DNA of 60,736 bases, filler included, from Platydemus manokwari (taxonomy: Eukaryota): assembly GCA_037951405.1 (NCBI GenBank). It is 5 parts of 5 records of this genome, joined end to end, with 100 filler letters (N's around TTAATTAATTAA, not from the genome) between each part and the next. Parts side by side here need not be neighbours in the genome. Positions count along the whole stretch, not along the records: positions 23,022 to 38,194 come from JBBMOY011332538.1; positions 38,295 to 49,900 come from JBBMOY010568885.1; 3 more parts are not named here. The stretch is one strand, 5' to 3'. Shown piece after piece: positions 28,690-41,200 of the stretch. Every line of letters starts with the position of its first letter. The stretch's first letter is position 1. The notes beneath the pieces are model-generated. The model was not told where the DNA came from. It searched no databases and saw only the letters and a program-made list of their open reading frames with translations. The translations under genes were made by a program, and so were the position numbers.

Positions 28690-30460
28690 GATGGTGGTGC
28701 CATATCCTTACTGAATGTCGGATATTGGACCTTTATAACTCTCATGTTATGTTGTGCACCTCAGTTTCGGCAACTCCTATTTTGAGCAGTGACGCAATTG
28801 TACTTTGTCGAATTGATCCAAGAGACCCGAGGGTGATTGTCAGGATACTGATTGAGTAGCCGGTTTGTTTTGTTTGATCCGTTCTCGAAGTGCAGCATAG
28901 TGTTCTTGATTCCTGGTGATGGTATTGTCGAATAGTTCTTCTGTGTCCAGAGAGCACTATTTTTCACAGTATTTTTCAGTGTTTTTGTGTCTCCATTAAG
29001 TCATTTTAGTGATTGATTAAGTGAGTTTGGTACAACAGACATTCTCGGAATTGAAGCTTGGAATAGAGTTTCTTGGATGATTGTCTTGAGGTCTGGGTCC
29101 TGCGAATTTAGTAATTTGTGGACTTGAATTTGATGTAGGTGGTATTCATCAAGCAGATCCCACAATCCTGCATCGCCTTTTTTGAGTCTATGCAGAGATA
29201 GCAGGATTCAGCTTGTTGTGGCAATGATAAAATTTTCCTGAAGCATTTCCTAATTCCAGTGCATAGATTTTCTTCAATTCTAGGTGTCTTTCGATCTTTC
29301 TTTGCTTTAAGGGCACTGATTTTTATTTCTCTAGTTCGGAAGGCAAATGTCAGTGTTGGAAATAAGATGGTTTTGATTGCATCGATCTTTTGAAAACCCA
29401 TCAGGTTCGATTTGGTAATACTTAATACAATTTCATAGAATATTAGTAGAGTGTCATATAGTGTTTGATCTACCTAGAATCCTCCTGGTACACCAAGGTA
29501 TTGACAGAATTCTCCAGGGTTTAGTTTCTTTATCGGTAGTTGATTGATTGTGATAATATTTACATGATCTTTTTTGGATGGTAGAGATATGAAAGTGCAT
29601 TTTTGCAGTTGGAATATGAAGTTGCATTTCAATGCAGTACTTTTAGCGACATCGAGAATGATTTGGAGATCTTCTGAATTATTTGCGATTATTGCAATGT
29701 CGTCAGCTGATTTTTTTGTTGAATATTTGATCATTTGGGACTTTGACAGATTCTATTGCTGCAAGAACCGGGTTAATAACTAAAGAAAATTGGAGCATTG
29801 GCAGTGGGCGTCCTTGTTTTACTCCAATATTTAGTGGGATTTCCTTTGTTATCGTGTTCATACATTTGGAATATGTTGAAACCTTTGAGTAGATATCCTT
29901 AATGATAACCAGAAAGTCACTACTAATATCATGTTTTTTTTAGAATTTCGAGCAATAATCCAGGCGGTACACTTGGGAAAGCATTTTTTATATCAAGCCA
30001 TGCTATTGCTGTCGCCATTTCGGTTCTCGTATGTTCTTCAAATATGGCATTTAAAAGAGCATTGTGCTCAATGTACCCCTCATATTTTATTCAGCCCTTC
30101 TGTCCTGGACTTAGCATTTTATTATGTGAAATCCATTGTAACAAACGATCCGATAGTATTCCAGTGAATAGTTTATATCTGGAGTTGGATAGAGCGATTG
30201 GTCTCCAGTTTGAGATGTTGGAGTAATTATCCCGATCTGGTTTGGGGATGAGAGATGTTCTAAATTGTCTCCATCCTGATGGACATCGTTTACTAGTGAT
30301 AATTTTATTGAATAGTGATTCCAGAAGTATTCCTTTTGGATCAAGTGTCTTGAGGTGAGAGTAATGGACATTGTCCGTTCTAGGAATGCAGTTGTCTAGT
30401 GATTTCAATTTGCGAATTATTTGATCAGATGTGACTGGATCCAGCTCAAATATGATTTCG
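28690..30460 (-). mobile_element. 5'-truncated, internally deleted RT+REL non-LTR retrotransposon (NeSL/R2-like)
   Basis: RT motifs TSLIPK..NWRPIALSNSRYKLFTGILSDRL..LSPGQKG, GVKQGRP, SADDIAII (decayed YADD), KC, QYLGVP, QKIDAIKTILFP. C-terminal LGSLGS and IWHHH resemble the REL tail. Many frameshifts. Confidence 0.9.
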
Positions 30461-31436
30461 CTTAGGGTTTGAGTTTTTAAATTTAAACTTTTATTTTATA
30501 AATCAAGTTAGTTAATTACAGATATTTTTAATAATGTTAGGATCCAATACGCCCACAGATTAACTTAAGTAGCCTGTAATAGTCATCACACCTACAGGAA
30601 ATTATATAACCTAAAAATAATCGAAAATTCCAAAAATAAACATGACGTAATTTCTAAATTAGAAACACACCTAAAAATGAAATTTAAAAATTACATAATT
30701 AGAAATAAATTCACAGATAGTTAAAAATAGAATTACGTCATGACAAAAATTGAAAATTCATGATTGGCTAAGATAAAGATAAGACACAATATATAAGACA
30801 AACGATTTTTATAACAAAATTGCCATAAACATTTCACAAGAATAACGGACAAAAACCACTCGAAAGCTAATTACCAGAATAGCTGTGGCTAGAATCACTA
30901 GTCAGCACGACAGATTCACTATGAGCCAAGAATCGTGTAACCGTTAACACCAGAAACTCCAGTGCTGGCCGAATTATAGTCAATCGAGGTATAAGCCAAG
31001 TTGTGTAATGGTTTCATATCATGTCGAAAGAATCGGTATTAAGTAATTGAATCTTCGTTTTGCCCCCATATTTTTGTCATGGTTCTCATTCATTATTAAG
31101 TGAGTCAACACTTCGTCGGCTCTGTGTTCGCACAATTGTATTATTCAATTTTGTCAACTATTTATTGTAATTGTTCGATTATTTAAACTGTACGTTTCAG
31201 TTCATTTGTGTTATTGTTATTTATCATATATCTATTTATGTATAAATCGCAATCTACATTACTTTACACGAACCACAACAGATTGTTTGGAGTCCGATCT
31301 GTAAACACTAAAGAGCAACTCACGAACCAATCACACCTCACTTCATCACTAACAAACAACCAACCGAAAGTAGTATAAAAATCCAATAATAATATCATTG
31401 TTATTTTTTATAAAATAATTGTAAAAATTTAGAACG

Positions 31437-31650
31437 TCAAAAAAGGGTCTCGCTAATTTTCAATGAATTGCAATTCGACCTACTTTTGACATTTTTTCAA
31501 ATTTTAGGAGATTTTTAATCTCTAGTCAATTTAATTTTTGATTCCAAACAACTAAAACTCTTTCTCAGTACTTAAATAAAAATTCAAAATGTTTTTAAAG
31601 AGTATAATTAAACTATATAGAATTTTGCAGTACACTTAGCAAATTTAAAA
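31437..31650 (+). repeat. Dispersed repeat family B, copy 2
   Basis: Similarity to 6300-6530 by eye. Confidence 0.65.
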
Positions 31651-34600
31651 TTTCATTTTAGCACCCTTTTTTAACTGTAGCCGTCTTTGTAAATTTTGGT
31701 TCTGAACAAAACATTCTTTTTCATAAAATAACGCGTTTAAACAATATCGGTGTAAATATTGAATTTCTAAAGTGCCTACTTCTATTATATCTTCAGTTTT
31801 ACTTAGTCTCTTTTTTAATTTGAATTTCATAAGCATTGGTACAATTTGCTGCAGTTTTATAGTTAATTATTTCTGGCCAGATAAAAATCTAAAAATTAAA
31901 TATGGAATTAAAACCTTGAATTAAAACTGAATAATTACAATACAATTATGCATATTTAGTAAAACAAGGCTAAAAAAAACTTTCAATGAAATCATTACCG
32001 TTTTATAACTATATTTAATATTCAGCATTTCTATTAATAATATATTTACTAGACCACATATATACTAATCATTATGACTGTCTCTAATACTTGAACATAG
32101 TTTAGATTAAAATTATATTAATCATATTTAGAGATTAAATAAAATCTCACCAGTCTAAGAATGAGATTGTTTTTCTACTATCTAGGAAACGAGCTGTAAC
32201 CAGATATTTGAATAAAATTATGTTCCACATCTTTTGTGGGTGCCTTTTTTTTGTTTTAAAATACTTATCAGAATATTTGGAGTTAATCGATTTTCAAAAT
32301 TGCAATAACTCTTGTTATTCTATATAGCGTTAGTTTTAAAGCTATTGAAGATCTAAATCCATCGAAATTAAATCTTATTGATTGTATCGTAACATGAAAA
32401 ATAATAATAGCATTGAAGAAAATTCAACAATTTGTTTAAATAGATAGATTAACAATTTGAGCATTTTTTCAAACACCGATTGTGTAATTCTGTTATTTTT
32501 AACAGGGTATCTTCTGATTTTGATTCACCGGGCTCCTTTAATCAAAGTGTTATATCAGTCAATGATTCAGTCCCCCTTTGAATAATAAAATTTGGTGTAG
32601 GTTCACTTGGATATGTGAGACCGGATGACAATCAGTCTAATGCACAGTTCAGATATCCAGTTAGAACAAATTTACATCAGACGAAGTTCCCGGTAGATTA
32701 AACACTGGGCTAAAGAGTAACTATTTTGTAACTTTCTTTACGAACTTCTAGCTGTTCAATGACTTGACAGGACTTTTAAGAAATCTTTTGTCGTAGTAAA
32801 ATTAAGCTACATTGTTCACACTATGAAGATGACTATTACTGTTATTCATTTTCTCACGTGGTCTCTTTGAGAATATCAGGAAAAATTGTGTGGAGACTGT
32901 CAAACTTTTCGTTTCTATCTTTCAATTTCAATGCAGGTCTCATTAACATGATTTGGATTGTCTTACTAACACTTGCAAACTAGAAGCATATAATTTTTCA
33001 TTGGCTCTCTGTGTAAAGTTAGTCTTTCAAACCACTGGTATGTTTGCTTCTATTGCTGATTTGAGGATAAAAATTAAAAATTTATGAAAATATGTATGAA
33101 ACAAATATTCCTTTCTGAAAACATATCCTTTACTTAGTGACCCTTATTGCAGTCTCATTTATTTAAATCCGTAGTTATAAGATAATCTATCAGTTCTAAA
33201 TTATGATAAGCAAGCTACATACTAAAATTGGAGCAACAATCTTAAAACATTAACAAAGGAGTATAATTGATTTCGAAAAATTATAAGATATATATTTGAA
33301 CACCTTACAAAACATCTCAAAATACCAAAGAAGAAGACACTTCATTTGATATTGGGGTCACTTTTCAGGTGGATTGGAAAAGTAGAGAAAGAAAAAAAAG
33401 CATTTCTTATAACTATTAGCTATCCTGAGCTTAGTCATTAAACGAAGCAAACAGGTCAACCGCCTGGTCTTACAACCTTAACTTAAGCAGAATGAACATA
33501 GATTCCCAGAATACAAATCAGAATGTAGTTAATTTCTAAATGAAAACAAACGGACTCAGTAAAGTAACATATTCATATTAAAGAGGTGGATGATAAATTC
33601 AAAATTGTCAAAATTAGAAACCTTTTATAAAGGAGGTCGTGAAAAATGAATTTCTTTAAATTCAGTGATAAGGTAACGAACCTATTTTCTAAGAGTTAGA
33701 ATTGGCATGATACCAATACGCAGAATCGTTAGAAAATTCATTTGTATTTCTTTAATGAAGTTGATTTTCAACTACCGTAAATGACATGCAGAAATTATTC
33801 ATTTGGGTCAAAATCTTTGATGAATTTATAGAAAATTGAGGAAATTGTCGTGTATGCATTTATATTTTTCATAAGAAAGATAGAGATAAATTTATCATAT
33901 AATAGTTTTCAATATTCATATAAATTAGCTATCTGTGTGGAAACTTATCGTTTATTAGAAACTCATGAATTGCCACGAGAAATATTGAATTTTATAAACT
34001 TAGAGTATTTTTTTATTTTAATGAAATAATTAAACTTGGAATAGAAGAATAAAAATCAAGAAAACCTTAGAAGTAAATAAAGAATTGCTCGAAAGAAATT
34101 TAAACAAATTAATATCAAATTATTTCAATGAGGGTGAGAAATTTGACTTCTAAATAAATATTCATTACTGGATCACTTTTAGAAGGTGTTTCCTTAGCTT
34201 TTTCAATGGAAAAGCATATATTTTTGATAGATATTTTGGTCGGAGTGAGAGTTTATGAATTTTCAACCTATTTCCACGGCCTTATAAATATTACACAATG
34301 TGTTTCTGGTTGAGTTAAGTTCACATATTGTGCCCGATAATTTTTCAAGAAATTAATTAGATTCTCAATAAAATAGATTAAATTTCTCTTTAGATCTTAT
34401 TGATTTAAGTCCTTTTAAGTCGTTATAGTTATTTAACAATGTCGAGTTATAATTCACATATCACTAGGTTTAAGTGCTCACATATTTTTAAACTTAGCGA
34501 ATGATTCATTTAAAAAGTTATTTTACAAGTTATATCGATTTCAAAGGTACATAAATGTCAAAGGCATCAATATGAGAAACTATAAAATGATAATTCATAA

Positions 34601-36921
34601 AGAACTTGTAATTTACAATATCGGAACTATGCAGTTGTGAAATCTCCAGACAAACGAAGACTTTGTGTCACTTTTGACGTACCACATAAAAACAAAAGTA
34701 ATTTGGTATTCAATAATGGCAAAATTAAAGCGGAATTACTGCATATGAATGTTGGGTTCAGATGAATTGTAAGTTCCGACAGTTTTATTCTCTCTAGTTC
34801 GAGTTAAGCAGCAAGTATATTAACTCCAAAATCGATCAAAATATTACACAAATCAAATACAAAAAAATTTCATATGACTCGGCTTGAAACTGGCAGTCAG
34901 CCATTTTGACATAAGTATTTATACTTGATATTTGTGTGTCATTTGTGTGTCACGTTTTGATTTAATGGATTCATTGATTTTGTGTGATTGGGATTTTTCA
35001 ACCCCTATGTGTGTGTGACTGTGTAATAATGTTCATTTTTCCAGTTAAAATATTTATTTATGTTTTCTCTGATTGGCTGGTTGCTATGTCTGCAAGATTT
35101 TGAAGCCATGCATATGCTTAAAATGCCAAAATAAGTGCAAACTTGGTGTTGGGTTCTGGTATTTATTTCTATAGTTTTAGTCAACAGCTTACGTTCACAT
35201 AGTCTTTGCTCAAAATTATTTTCTTTATAAATGATAATTTACATATTTTAGTTATTTGTCAAATCGATAATACCTTAGATTCCTATGACCTTTTTAAGAA
35301 GATTTAGAATCAACAAGATTTTCAAATAATATTATTAAACGAAATTCAAGGAAATATGCATTAATATTGACTCCAAATGATATTTTGGAAAACAAATGCA
35401 GTGGACGCTTTTTTGAGAACACAAGTACTTTATTAACAAAGAAATTTGTTGTTATAGAGTTTAAGAAATTATGTGAAATCATATTATGAAAATTTATATG
35501 AAATTACTAACCGGCTTATAATGAGATCCTAAAAGGAATAAATAACTGATAAGTTTACCTGACTTGTACGATTCAATACCAAGAAAATACTGCAAAGGCA
35601 ATTTTTTTTATGTAATATAAAATCCAAATCTTTTACCAAACTTTATGGATATTCAAATACCTTTTCTTCTTCTCAGTCAAGTTTATGTGAATGTCTCTCA
35701 GTTTCTCTATTTATAATTATGAATGTTATGAAATTTAGCTCTCATCGTTTTATTTTTTGACCTTTTTAATTTAGAAAAGTAAACTGATTTTAATATTACA
35801 CGTTCTTTATTTTTAATTCGTTGATATTTTTGACGTATTATTACTGGTATAGTAAAATTATAATACAATGAGTGATTTTGAAAGGTATTTTTGTGTAGTA
35901 CAGTTATTGTCTTAAAGATATACTATTAGAAGAAGAGTCTGACAAGTAGAATCACATCTGTACCGATATCTTGTCCTAAACTGGTATTTTTAGCATTGAC
36001 CTTTGTGTCTATTTGACAGTGCACAATCATTGTTATGAAATACAATTTTTAAATAGACAATTTATCACTTTAACCTTAACAGGTATATGTAGTCACATTT
36101 AAAAGCCAGTTGAGTTCGCTGTTAGCAACAAAATTAATATTATTAATTTAATATGAAATGTCATTACAGAAAATTTCCAAAAAAGGATAGAAAGGAGGTG
36201 TTTGTTAGTGAATTGGGGTCCATCGGGTTTCTGATTTAGTAGAAGTAATAATTACGGTCAATTAGAAAGATCCTTTTATTTTTCTAAAAATTTCTTTTGA
36301 TCTCATTTATCAAGATATTATTTTGTTAAAAATCAGAGAATTTTTAAATATAACAATTCTGGTACTCAAACGATTTTAGATTTTTTTAATTTGATGATCA
36401 CTTGTATTTTATGATTAGTCAAATGTCTTTAAATTTCACTCAGATTACATCGTTCAGATAAAGCACCTAAGTTCAACATTCACTGATAAAATTTAATTCG
36501 TTTTTTACATTTGATTTTAAGTTAACACATCCCCATTGTATAATATATTGAAAAATCATAATTTATAATTAAAATTTTCACACACACAACACACATTTAT
36601 GTGTGAATTTAGCTTTAATTAGTTTAGAATTATCAGTGATAGAGATCATAAGTATTATTATTCATTTTTTAAAAAACTTATTGTAATTATTCAATGTCAT
36701 TATCTTAGCAAAATATGTGTAGGTTCAAAAATTAAACGGTTTATAACATTTTCAAATATCAGTATCAGGTTGTTGATAATAGGTAAATCTGTAGTTTAAA
36801 ATATTTAATAATATTTATAATTGAACAACTAAAATTTAGAACAAGACTATATTACAAAATCCCTTTTTATACTTAATATTTTGTTTATATAAATAGAAAT
36901 TTTAATTTCTGAACAGACGAC

Positions 36922-37322
36922 ATGGCTGATAAAGTGTGTTTTGGTTTATACTTGTTTTTCTTTATTAAATTTAATAGGAATGTACTCCAGAACACATTAA
37001 TGTAAAAGTCCAAGGTCAAGACGGCGCTGTAATACATTTTAAAATTAAGAAAAATACTGCTCTTAGAAAGTTGATGAATGCCTATTGCGATCGATTGGTA
37101 AATTTTACATAAAAGAAAATGAATTTATTCAGAAATATTAAGGGTTTGAAAACTAGTACAGTACGTTTCATTTTTGATGGTGTCAATATTAAAGAAACTG
37201 ATACCCCCACATCTGTAAGCTAACTTTTCGACATATTAAAGTTATTTTAAATATTTTAGCTTGATATGGAAGAAAATGATACCATTGAGGTATTTCAAAG
37301 TCAAACAGGTGGATCTTATTAA
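36922..37322 (+). CDS. SUMO: Small ubiquitin-like modifier (SUMO), 88 aa, 4 exons (36922-36933, 36978-37097, 37143-37214, 37260-37322); absent from the ORF track
   Basis: [88 protein letters not shown]. Classic SUMO sequence with the QTGG maturation site. Three phase-0 GT-AG introns of 44, 45 and 45 nt. Confidence 0.97.
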
Positions 37323-38019
37323 ACTCAATAAGTCTTGTAGATTTGACATGCATTTATCGTAAATGTATAGAATTAATATGTTAATATATGTCCATTTAAT
37401 TTTTTTTAATCAAGTTGTTTATTGTTACCTTAGTTGGTTTTTTCTATTGATGAGTTAGTTTGGTTGAAGTATGTGTTTATTATTTTTATCGGTTAGCTCA
37501 AAAGTTCAATCATAAATAGTTGTTAAATAATTTTGTGTAAATCTTCCAATTTTGTATTGTCTCGATTTGTTTAGCATCGATTGATTGTTTAATTGGTAAA
37601 TTTCATTTTATACTAATTTGTCTTTGTCATTTGAGCATGTGTTTGTAAGGAATCATTTCGTTTTATTGAATTATTTGATTTATTTTCATTATCAGTAAAA
37701 GATTTTGAATAATTTTTTAAAATGTATATATGTAAGTGACGTTAAAATAGTAATATTAAATAATAACATGTTCTCAGTGTTATGGATAGATAAAGAAATT
37801 TTTAATTTTGAGAATATTCATAGATAATTTTGAATTTTCTTTGCATTATAAAGAAAAATATAATTTAAGAAACCTGTGTTTTCAGATATTTTATTTTTAA
37901 ATCACGTAATTCCGAAAAAAAACGTTTCATTTATTGTCTCAGTATTCATACTAATGTACGTGGGTCACGTCTTGATTTGATCTTTTGTTTCTCAAGTTTA
38001 GTTGGATTTATCGATTTTG

Positions 38020-38120
38020 CGAGATTGGGTTTGGTTAATAGATATTTGTTTTTTTTATGTGTTACTGTGTTGTGAATCAATTTGTTTGAATCAAGTCTCC
38101 CACGTGAAACTTTGAATTGT
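38020..38120 (+). promoter_or_regulatory. Candidate cell-cycle promoter of TONSL (ATTGG box, CACGTG, CHR-like TTTGAA x2)
   Basis: ATTGG at about 38024, TTTGAA 38085-38090, CCCACGTG-aaac-TTTGAA 38099-38116. These are short motifs in AT-rich DNA, separated from the CDS by a spacer. Confidence 0.3.
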
Positions 38121-38194
38121 TACAAGCCACTGGGATTACGTAATTTTATTACATTAAATTAAACGCTATAATGCTTCTGGAATTACTAAACTTT

Positions 38195-38294
38195 NNNNNN
38201 NNNNNNNNNNNNNNNNNNNNNNNNNNNNNNNNNNNNNNTTAATTAATTAANNNNNNNNNNNNNNNNNNNNNNNNNNNNNNNNNNNNNNNNNNNN
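38195..38294. other. Artificial assembly spacer (probably hides the A of the TONSL ATG)
   Basis: 44N-TTAATTAATTAA-44N followed by tg gtt cga gta caa g|gt. Confidence 0.95.
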
Positions 38295-41200
38295 TGGTTC
38301 GAGTACAAGGTATTTCAAACAATTTCTTATAAAATTAATACAAAAATCTTTAGATTTAATTGATAAAAAACGTCGAACTTTAAACATTAAGACTAAAATG
38401 GATTTGTGCATAGAAATAGCCATTTATTATTCTGATAACAGTTATTATATTTACGTAACTTGATTTTTAAACTAGATTCGATAATAGGAGATTTTAATAA
38501 AGCATTTGATGAATACCAAGATTTATTAGCGTTAGCAGAAGAGGAAAATGATTTACCAATGAAAATAAAAGCATATCGTCAAATGGGTGAGTGTATGCTT
38601 GAATTACAGAAACCTTTGGAAGCTTTAGACTCAATCAAATCTTATTTAAAAACTTCCCAAGATTTAGGTGATTTATTTGAAATTCAAAGAGCTTTTGTAA
38701 CAATTGGTAATTTTTAATTTATTCACATTTCATTTCAATTGTTAAATTGGAGGTCGTTGTTTTCTTGATCATGCTATGATGGTGAAATCTCCGAAATCCA
38801 AACAGGTGTCAGTAATCAAATCAGAAAATGCTTTCATAAAAAGCCTTCAATTGTGTAATCGTTTATTTGAGAATCCCACCGACATCGCCAGGACGCGAAA
38901 ATCATACAGATCGGAAGTCGATTTCAATAATGAGGTTGCGGAGATGCGAGCTGTATCACTGTTCAATTTGGGACTTGTCAACCGCGAGAAATCAGTCAAA
39001 AATGCTATATCGGAGAGCCAGAAATATTTCTCACAGTGTTGCGCTGTGAGCTTGAAGCAGCGATTATATGAAATGTTTCTGCGATCGATGATTCAACGAA
39101 TAGATTTGAAGTATATCCAGTCGGTGGAAGCTGCAGTATTAGCAGACTTATCCACTACTGAGGGCGATTCTCGAGCTGTAATGGGTGAGTCTGTCAATCT
39201 CGTCAAATCGGGCTTGAATCAACTGTCGGATGTTCCATTCAGTAGTGGAATGAAGAAATTACGCCGAGAAATGCTGGAACAGGAGTGTCAAGTGAATAAA
39301 TATTTATTGAATAATGGATTAATTTGTGCTAGTGTCTCGTTGTGGCGGGAAACATTCGTAAAGCTGCTAAGAAATATCGCAATCTTGCTAAGCGATCTCA
39401 TATTAATCGCAATGATTTTAACAAAAAAATGATCTGCGGTATGTTATTTACTGATTATTTTTATTTTAACAATTTTTATTTTATCGATTTTATTTGACAA
39501 ATATTTTATATTTGTTAATAATTATTAAGTGATGATTATTATTTTATATATAATATTTATTATTTATTATAAATTATAATTATTTTATTCTTATTATTTA
39601 CATAAATTTTGTTATGTATTATTATAATATTATTAGATATTATCATTATATAATTATATATTATCATTATAATATTATATATTATCATTATATTATTCGA
39701 TATAATCATTGTATTGTTATATATTATCATTTTTATGTATCATAATTATATATAATCATTATACATTATATTGTTATACAATACCACTATTATATTATAA
39801 TTTTATACATTATCATTATATAATTTTTATAAATTATAATTATTTATTATATATTCCATATTAAAATTATCAATTGATTGAAAGTGATTATAAAATTAAT
39901 CATTTTAATAAACCAAATGATAATTCAATTAATATTGGTCACGTCTCGCCGTTTTATTTGAAACTCGTGAATCACATTTGTGAATATTTATTAATTCTTT
40001 TCTGATCTTTCTCTCATTTTATAACCTGAAACAATCATTGTTTTTATAAATATATTAATCATTAATAATAATAATAAATAATAATTCTATTTCGCAAATC
40101 ATAATAATTGTGTTTTATTAATAACAGTAATATTGATTATATGGTAGATTATTTATAAGTATTTGATTATATCGATTGAATTTATCTTTGGGAAATGATC
40201 TGTATTGAGAAAGATCATTCCAGCATGTGTTGACAATGAAATATTTTATCCAATATATTATCATCTCATTATCTATCATTTGTCATTTAATAATGATTAT
40301 TTTTATTTATCATATTTCCAAAATTATTGTCATGACAAAATTATTGTTCAAGTTATTGCCAATATTATTCCAATAAATAATGTTGTGATTCTTGTTTCAA
40401 TGAAATCGCCAATATTGATTGGGTTTATTCATTTGATACATTTTCTCTGATAAAGAAATAAGAAATCAATGTTTTGATTGAATGTATTATTATCGAATAT
40501 TCCATTGCTCATACATTTCTAAACAATTAATCTCACTGAAATTATATTTTATTTATTATTCATTTTATTACAATATCTCTTGTAAAATAACAATAAAATT
40601 TCATGATCACCATTGAAGGAAATATTATTGATCGACTTGCATTATTTTCCGGATAACAGATATGTGAATTATATTTATTAATTCAATTTTTCTTGATTCT
40701 CATTATTTCCAAATTTCTGATTGGCTAACTTAATTCTGTTCAGGTGAAATCAGGTAACTCTAAAACAGCTAACTCATAGAAATGTATGCAATTATTACAT
40801 TGATGTCTCTTTCAATATAAATTGGAAATATTTACAAATATTAATTATTAGTTAATAAGGTCTCTACATTTGGTCTCGAGTCTTGTATGTTGTCGCGAAT
40901 ATTCCATATTTATAATTGTAATAATGATTTGGTTTTTGTAAGACACAAATATAGTTACTTTAATTTTCTTGTCGAAATTTACTTAATAAAACATTGTAAG
41001 TCTCAACAGAGCACACTTATAAGCTGATATTGTTATTTTCTTAACTTACCAACAACCCCTGAGTCCTTGAACTCTATAGTTCCTCGAGTAATATATTTGA
41101 TTACATAGTTCATTTACATAATTGCATTGTATAGCATATCAGTGGCGAGATCACCAGTTATTGTTGTATATTTGAGTGAGAGTTATCTTTTGGTGTGAGA

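Noticed and set aside
35085-35120. tgtctgcaagattttgaagccatgcat resembling the 5' end of 18S rRNA
   Set aside because: Short gapped match with no continuation; likely chance
39480-39860. Extremely AT-rich tracts in TONSL introns (also 44400-44800)
   Set aside because: Degenerate ATT/TA low-complexity sequence with no discrete structure
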